Assembly (NCBI RefSeq): GCF_013149785.1
Contig: NZ_JABEZU010000005.1
Location: 62,001-126,000 of the forward strand
DNA from: Isoptericola halotolerans
GTDB lineage: Bacteria; Actinomycetota; Actinomycetes; Actinomycetales; Cellulomonadaceae
Length of the DNA: 64,000 bases
Direction of reading: 5' to 3'
The notes under the pieces were generated by a model. The model ran no database searches, was not told where the DNA came from, and saw only the letters and a program-made list of their open reading frames with translations. A program made the position numbers and the translations under genes. Below are positions 58,652-64,000 of the stretch, piece after piece. Position 1 is the stretch's first letter. Each line of letters begins with the position of its first letter.

Positions 58652-59197
58652 TCATGCGTCGTCGGCGCCGAGGCTCCAGTCCACCAGGGCAGCGACCGAG
58701 GCCTCGTCGAGCCCTGCGGCTCCCGACTGTCGCAAGGCGTACTCGCCGAGGAGCGTGCGGTAGACGACGGCTGCCCGACGGCGGGGGTCCGGTGACCCGG
58801 CATCCTCGAGCAGCCGGGTGAGGTAGTCGGTGCGGGCGGCGTCGACGGCGCCGGCCGCGGTGCGCGCCCGCTCGTCCCGGGCGGCCCACGCGCGGACCCC
58901 GACGTCGAACCCGCGGTCGGCGTGGTGGAAGGACCGGCGCAGGAGCTCTCGGAGCCGGGCCTCGGGCTCGGTCCCGGTGTCCTCCACCGCGGCGATGACA
59001 CCGGCGACACCCGCTCGCTGCCAGTGGTCGAGCACCGCCTCGAGCAGCGCGTCCCGGTTGGCGAAGTGCCAGTAGAAGCTCCCCTTGGACACGCCGAGGT
59101 CGGTCGCCAGGGGTTCGACGCGCACGCCGTCGACCCCGTCGGTGGCGAGCCGGCGTGCGGCGGCGCGGATCCAGTCGGAGGCGGAGAGCGAAGCCAT
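58652..59197 (-). CDS. TetR-family regulator
   Basis: DWI.AA...LA..G...VRVEPLA..LGVSKGSFYWHF..R..LL. Confidence 0.92.
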   Translation of the reverse strand: MASLSASDWIRAAARRLATDGVDGVRVEPLATDLGVSKGSFYWHFANRDALLEAVLDHWQRAGVAGVIAAVEDTGTEPEARLRELLRRSFHHADRGFDVGVRAWAARDERARTAAGAVDAARTDYLTRLLEDAGSPDPRRRAAVVYRTLLGEYALRQSGAAGLDEASVAALVDWSLGADDA

Positions 59198-59200
59198 CCC

Positions 59201-59250
59201 TTGACCATACGCCACCGTATGGATAGCGTGGCCATACGCCACCGTATGGA
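59201..59250. promoter_or_regulatory. sigma70-type promoter with two identical TetR operators
   Basis: CCATACGCCACCGTATGGA at 59205 and 59232 (dyad CCATACG-N4-CGTATGG); TTGACC-N17-TAGCGT. Confidence 0.8.
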
Positions 59251-59256
59251 GGAAAG

Positions 59257-60021
59257 ATGCTGCTCACCGCTGCTGTGCTGCTGATCGTCGTCGGGGTGCT
59301 GCACTCCGTCCTCGGCGAGCTGTTCGTCCTGCGGCCGCTCCTGGCCGCGCCCGGCTGGCGCGTCCGGCTGCCACGTCGGCACGCGGAGGGACTGCTGCGC
59401 GGTGCGTGGCACCTGACCTCGATCGCCTGGTGGGCAGCGGCCGGCGTGCTGCTCGGCGGGTCCGCGCCGGTCGTCGTCGGCGTCATGTGCCTGGCCTCCG
59501 CGGCGCTGTTCTTCGCGATCGTCCGCTGGCACCTGGCCTGGCCGCTGTTCACCGCTGCCGGTCTGCTGTCGCTCGCGGCGGTCGGCGCCGTGCCGGCAAC
59601 GGTCTGGTGGCTGCTGGCCGGGCTCGCGGTCCTGGCGGCGACGGTCGCCGCCGGGTTCCACGTCGCCTGGGCCACCGGGGCCACCCTGGGCGCCGCCGAC
59701 GTGCTCCCGCAGCGAGCGGGCTCCCGCGAGCGGCTCGCCGAGCCCGGCCCGCTGCCCACGCTCGCGGTCGCCGCGGCGCTGTCGGTCTACGTGGTGGTGG
59801 TCCTCGCGCTCGTTCTCGGGGCCGACGGCTGGTGGTGGACCTGGTGCGGCGTCGCGGCGCTGGCGATCCTCCTCGCACGCGTCGTCGGCGAGGGGCGCTA
59901 CGTCGGCGTCCTCAAGCGCGTCCGCGACACGGGCTTCGCCCGCGCCGACGACCGACGCTGGACGCCCGCCGTCGCCCTGCTGGCGACCGGAATGGGGGCG
60001 TCGCTGGCGCTCGGGGCCTAG
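59257..60021 (+). CDS. Membrane protein with DUF3995-like C-terminal domain
   Basis: HS.LGE, WH.TS, H..WA.G, R.VGE.RYVG..K....T.FAR.D...W.P; GGAGG RBS. Confidence 0.75.
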   Translation: MLLTAAVLLIVVGVLHSVLGELFVLRPLLAAPGWRVRLPRRHAEGLLRGAWHLTSIAWWAAAGVLLGGSAPVVVGVMCLASAALFFAIVRWHLAWPLFTAAGLLSLAAVGAVPATVWWLLAGLAVLAATVAAGFHVAWATGATLGAADVLPQRAGSRERLAEPGPLPTLAVAAALSVYVVVVLALVLGADGWWWTWCGVAALAILLARVVGEGRYVGVLKRVRDTGFARADDRRWTPAVALLATGMGASLALGA

Positions 60022-60040
60022 ACCGCGCAGCCGGCAGGCC

Positions 60041-60482
60041 TTACGGGAGGAGTCCGGCCACCAGCGCGTCGACGACCTCGTCGGTCGGGGTGTCCGGATC
60101 GATGGGCGAGACGAGGCGGTCCAGCACGAGACCTTCGATCGCATAGTGGAAGAGCGCGATCTCGCGGCGGCCTCCGGGAAGCCCCGCTGCCTCGTTGAAC
60201 GCGATGACGGCATCGAGGTCGGCTCGCTGCCAGTCGCCGAGCAGCCGAGCCAGCTCAGGGCGTCGGGCGGCCTCGAGGCGCAGCTCGTAGAGAGCGAGGG
60301 TCACCTCGCGCTGGGCTGTCAGCCGGCGCACGATGTCCCGGAGGTAGGCGGCGAAGAGCTCGCGGCTCGGCTGTGCGCCCGCTCTCGCCGCGAGGTCTGC
60401 TGGTGTCGGTGCGAGCCGCGTACCGATGCGCTCGAACAGTCCGGTGATGAGCGACTCCCGGTTGCGGAAGTAGTTCGTCGTG
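60041..60482 (-). pseudogene. 5'-truncated TetR-family regulator (HTH largely deleted)
   Basis: TetR similarity begins at TTNYFRNRESL (end of the recognition helix) and continues LYELRLEAARRPEL, GL..DRL; only about 23 nt remain before the divergent gene. Confidence 0.75.
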
Positions 60483-60505
60483 CAGATGTCGTGATTGGGG
60501 AACCC

Positions 60506-61078
60506 GTGCGTGAGCTGACCTACTTCGTCGCTGTCAGCACGGACGGATTCATCGCAGGTCCTTCCGACGAGTTCGACAGGTTCCTCGTCGACGGCGATCA
60601 CGCCGCCGGGATCTGGCACAGGTACCGCGGCACGGCGCCCACCGAGCTCGCGGAGGCGGCGGGCCTCGCGGTCGACGACGGGCCCTTCGACACGGTCCTG
60701 ATGGGCTGGAACACCTACGCGGTCGGGCTCCCGGCCCTCCCGAACCCCTATCGGCACCTGCGCCAGATCGTGTTCACCCGCGAGCACGAGGCCCCGCAAG
60801 GAGCCGAGGGAGTCGAGTTCACCGATCGCGATCCCGTCGAGGTCGTGCGTGAGCTGAAGGCCGAGGACGGCGCCGGCATCTGGCTCTGCGGCGGCGGCGG
60901 CCTCGCCGCGGCGCTCGCCGACGAGATCGACCGCCTCGCGCTCAAGCTCAACCCGGTGCTCTTCGGTGACGGCGTCCGCCTCTTCGGTGACCTGCCCTAC
61001 CGCCCGACGGCGCTGCGGCCGCTGGCGATCACGCCGTACGAGTCCGGCGTGGTGCTCGCCGAGTACACGCGGGGCTGA
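60506..61078 (+). CDS. Dihydrofolate reductase / RibD C-terminal family protein
   Basis: Y.VA.S.DGFIA, D.VLMG..TY, IWLCGGG.LA, ID.L.LK.NPVL.G.G..LF. Confidence 0.9.
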   Translation: MRELTYFVAVSTDGFIAGPSDEFDRFLVDGDHAAGIWHRYRGTAPTELAEAAGLAVDDGPFDTVLMGWNTYAVGLPALPNPYRHLRQIVFTREHEAPQGAEGVEFTDRDPVEVVRELKAEDGAGIWLCGGGGLAAALADEIDRLALKLNPVLFGDGVRLFGDLPYRPTALRPLAITPYESGVVLAEYTRG

Positions 61079-61159
61079 ACATCGAGCGGCGGCCGCTCGC
61101 CGCGCACGACACCTCTAGGATCGGTCGTCGAGCCACGTACCGACCGAGAAGGAGCACCC

Positions 61160-61444
61160 GTGCTGGACGTCGCCGACCTCAGCTCTGCCGTCACGTTCGT
61201 CGGGCCGGTCGCGGCGTCGTTCCTCACGACCCGCTACTGGACGGCGCACGAGGAGAAGGACCCCCGCCGGTTCGCGTGGTTCACGCTCTACGTCGCCGTG
61301 GTGCTGGTCCTGCTCCTCGTGGTGCTGGGGACCACCGAGCCCGACGGCCGGCTGCAGGCGGTCGGGTTCTTCTTCCTCGTGACCATCGCGGCGACCGCGC
61401 TGCAGGAGCGCCGCCACCTGCGCCAGCAGCAGCGCGGCCGGTGA
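61160..61444 (+). CDS. Small membrane protein, function unknown
   Basis: Three hydrophobic segments; AAGGAG RBS; GC-rich third codon positions. Confidence 0.65.
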   Translation: MLDVADLSSAVTFVGPVAASFLTTRYWTAHEEKDPRRFAWFTLYVAVVLVLLLVVLGTTEPDGRLQAVGFFFLVTIAATALQERRHLRQQQRGR

Positions 61445-61459
61445 GGCGGGCCGGGCTGC

Positions 61460-62404
61460 TCAGCGGGCGACGACGGCCTGGAGCTCCGCCGCGCCGCCGG
61501 ACAGCCATCGGCGCACCTGCGCGGTGACGAAGGCCGCCGCCCCCTGTGGCCGACCGCCGGCGACGTGCGGGGTGAGGATCAGACCGGGGGCGTCCCAGAG
61601 CTCGGAGTCGGCGGGCAGCGGCTCCGTGGCGGTGACGTCCAGGGCGGCGCCGGCCAGGGCGCCGGACCGCAGTGCGGCCACCAGCGCCGGCTCGTCCACG
61701 GTGGCGCCCCGTCCCACGTTGACGAACCGGGCGTGGGCCGGCAGGAGGGACAGCACGGACGCGTCGAGCGCCTTGTCGGTCTCCGGCGTCGCAGGCAGCA
61801 GGGAGACGAGCACGTCCGCCGTCGGCAGCACCTCGGCCAGCCGGTCGCGGGAGACCACGGGGTGTCCGTGGCGCTCGCCGTCCGAGGACGCCACCCCCGT
61901 CACCCGCGCACCGAGCGCGGTGAGCAGCGGAGCCAGCTCCGCGGCGATCGAGCCGAACCCCCACACGACCACGTGCGCACCGTGCAGCGTGAACTCGGAC
62001 TCCGAGCGTGCCTGCTCGCGCCCCAGGTCGCCGTCCCACGTGCGGCGGCGCTGCGCGTCCATGGTCCGGTCCAGCCGGCGCACGGACGCGAGGAGGAGGG
62101 CGAGCGTGTGCTCGGCGACCGTGGCGTCGTGCAGCCCTCTGCCCGAGGTGATCACCACCTCGGGTGCGAAGCCTGTGGCGAGCGCCTGGTCCGGTCCGGC
62201 GTTGAGGGTCTGGACCCAGCGCAGCCGGGACAGCCGGCGGGCCGCGTCGTCCATCACCCGCTGCGGGCTCGCCCACGTGACCAGCGCGTCGGCGTCGAGG
62301 TGCTCCTCCGGCACGTTCTCGCGCATCACGTAGGGGGCGACGTCGACCCCCTCGACGTCGATCGTCAGGTCGAACGGGACGTTGCTCGGCACGAGGATCT
62401 TCAT
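61460..62404 (-). CDS. D-2-hydroxyacid dehydrogenase family protein
   Basis: GFGSIA, LP.T.ET, NVGRG, LDV...EPLP, TPHVAG. Confidence 0.92.
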   Translation of the reverse strand: MKILVPSNVPFDLTIDVEGVDVAPYVMRENVPEEHLDADALVTWASPQRVMDDAARRLSRLRWVQTLNAGPDQALATGFAPEVVITSGRGLHDATVAEHTLALLLASVRRLDRTMDAQRRRTWDGDLGREQARSESEFTLHGAHVVVWGFGSIAAELAPLLTALGARVTGVASSDGERHGHPVVSRDRLAEVLPTADVLVSLLPATPETDKALDASVLSLLPAHARFVNVGRGATVDEPALVAALRSGALAGAALDVTATEPLPADSELWDAPGLILTPHVAGGRPQGAAAFVTAQVRRWLSGGAAELQAVVAR

Positions 62405-62445
62405 GTCTCGGACGCTACCCGAGTCCTCGTGCCACGATGTGCCGC

Positions 62446-64000
62446 ATGAACGCCTCGCACGCCCCGGTCCGGATCGCTGCCCGCTACGACGCCGTGGTCG
62501 TCGGTGGTGGGCACAACGGCCTGACCGCCGCCGCCTACCTCGCGCGGGCCGGCCGGTCCGTCCTGGTGCTCGAACGGCTCGACCACGTCGGCGGGGCCGC
62601 GGTCTCGGCCCCGGTCTTCGACGGCGTCGACGCGCGGCTCTCGCGGTACTCCTACCTGGTCTCCCTCATGCCGCGGCAGGTGGTCGACGAGCTCGGCCTG
62701 CGCCTGACGCTGCGGCGCCGGCGCTTCTCCTCCTACACCCCGGTCGGCGACGGCGGGCTGCTGGTCGACAACGGCTCCGACGACGCCACGCGCGCCTCGT
62801 TCGAGACCCTGGGTGCGGGCCGCGACCACGAGGCCTGGCAGGCGTTCTCCGCCCGGGTGGGCCGGCTGGCGCAGCGGCTGTTCCCCACCGTCACCGCCCC
62901 GCTCGTCTCGCGTGAGGAGGCCCGGGCGCTCGTCGACGACGACGAGACCTGGCGCGCCGTCGTCGAGCAGCCGTTGGGCGAGACGCTGCGGGCGACGTTC
63001 GCCTCCGACGTCGTGCGGGGTGTGGCCGCCACGGACGGCCTCATCGGGACCTTCGCGGACCTGGACGACACCGCCCTGCTCCAGAACCGCTGCTACCTCT
63101 ATCACGTGATCGGCGGCGGCACAGGGGACTGGGACGTCCCCGTCGGCGGCATGGGCGCGGTCTCCGGCGCCCTGCACGACGCCGCTCGCGCCGCCGGGGC
63201 GACCGTCGTCACCGGGGCGCAGGTCACCGCCGTCGACCCGGGGACGGCGCGCTCCGACGCCGAGGTGTCCTGGACGGACGCCGACGGCGGCACCCACGCC
63301 GTGCGCGCCGGAGCGGTGGTCAGCGGGGCGGCTCCGTCGACCCTAGACACGCTGCTCGCCGCCGCCGGGGGCTCGCCGTCCGGGCGTGAGACCGCACAGG
63401 CCCCCGAGGGCGCCCAGCTCAAGGTCAACATGCTGCTGCGCCGCCTGCCCCGGCTGCGGGAGGGCATCGACCCCGTGGCGGCCTTCTCCGGGACGTTCCA
63501 CGTCAACGAGTCGTACTCCCAGCTCCAGGCCGCGCACGCCCAGGCGGCCGCCGGCCAGGTCCCCGACCTGCCGCCGTGCGAGATCTACTGCCACTCGCTC
63601 ACCGACGACTCGATCCTGGGCCCGGACCTGCGCGCGGCCGGGGCCCAGACACTCACGCTGTTCGGGCTGCACATGCCGGCGCGGCTCTTCCGCGACGACC
63701 CGGACGGGGCACGGGAGAGGGCGCTCGCGGCCACGCTGCGCTCGCTGGACTCGGTGCTGGCCGAGCCGATCCAGGACATCCTGTGGCGCGGGCCGGACGG
63801 GGCACCCTGCCTGGAGGCGCGCAGCCCCGTGGACCTGGAGGGCAGCGTGGGCCTGCCGGGTGGGCACATCTTCCACCGTGACCTGTCCTGGCCGTGGGCC
63901 GAGCCCGGGACGGCGGAGGCCGGGCCTGCGACCGGTCTGGACGCCCCGGGCACGTGGGGCGTCGAGACCCTCCACCCGCGGGTGCTGGTCGCCGGGGCGG
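62446..64000 (+). CDS. FAD-dependent oxidoreductase, phytoene dehydrogenase-like (runs off the window)
   Basis: YDAVVVGGGHNGLTAAAYLARAG..V.VLER....GGAA, SRYSYLVSL, GGMG, GLPGG.IFH; absent from the ORF track because no stop falls in the window. Confidence 0.9.
   Translation, partial: MNASHAPVRIAARYDAVVVGGGHNGLTAAAYLARAGRSVLVLERLDHVGGAAVSAPVFDGVDARLSRYSYLVSLMPRQVVDELGLRLTLRRRRFSSYTPVGDGGLLVDNGSDDATRASFETLGAGRDHEAWQAFSARVGRLAQRLFPTVTAPLVSREEARALVDDDETWRAVVEQPLGETLRATFASDVVRGVAATDGLIGTFADLDDTALLQNRCYLYHVIGGGTGDWDVPVGGMGAVSGALHDAARAAGATVVTGAQVTAVDPGTARSDAEVSWTDADGGTHAVRAGAVVSGAAPSTLDTLLAAAGGSPSGRETAQAPEGAQLKVNMLLRRLPRLREGIDPVAAFSGTFHVNESYSQLQAAHAQAAAGQVPDLPPCEIYCHSLTDDSILGPDLRAAGAQTLTLFGLHMPARLFRDDPDGARERALAATLRSLDSVLAEPIQDILWRGPDGAPCLEARSPVDLEGSVGLPGGHIFHRDLSWPWAEPGTAEAGPATGLDAPGTWGVETLHPRVLVAGA

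Noticed and set aside
59205..59250. 19-bp direct repeat as CRISPR or target-site duplication
   Set aside because: The palindromic units sit on promoter elements between a tetR and its divergent target, so operators explain them better.

Overview
High-GC actinobacterial chromosome segment; the gene order suggests Micrococcales (inference). The conserved backbone is gltX - tRNA-Gln/Glu/Glu - IclR(NdgR) - leuCD ... murA - plsC - gpsA ... metB-like ... ddl - DUF3515 - thiL - rpmB - DAK2 - recG - rsmD - coaD - yceD - rpmF - rnc - mutM. Three accessory stretches interrupt it (about 9.9-25.6 kb, 28.9-43.0 kb and after 56.9 kb). The best candidate for an undescribed system is a two-gene module after mutM: a TipA-like MerR regulator, then a promoter closely resembling Streptomyces ptipA (19-bp spacer, dyad operator), driving a TsnR/NshR-like 23S rRNA methyltransferase. 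It looks like an inducible thiopeptide-resistance cassette, and no biosynthetic genes are present in the window. Other notable items are an AbiE-type (type IV) toxin-antitoxin pair with an inverted-repeat operator, a circularly permuted SpoIVB-like protease, a mosaic DUF6318 lipoprotein/secreted-protein pair, a probable ATC start for yceD, two deletion scars in divergent regulator/target pairs, several readable TetR/GntR/LysR operators, and three small duplications of gene 3' ends. No CRISPR, integrase or transposase was seen. All family assignments come from motif recognition and recalled sequences, not from database searches.
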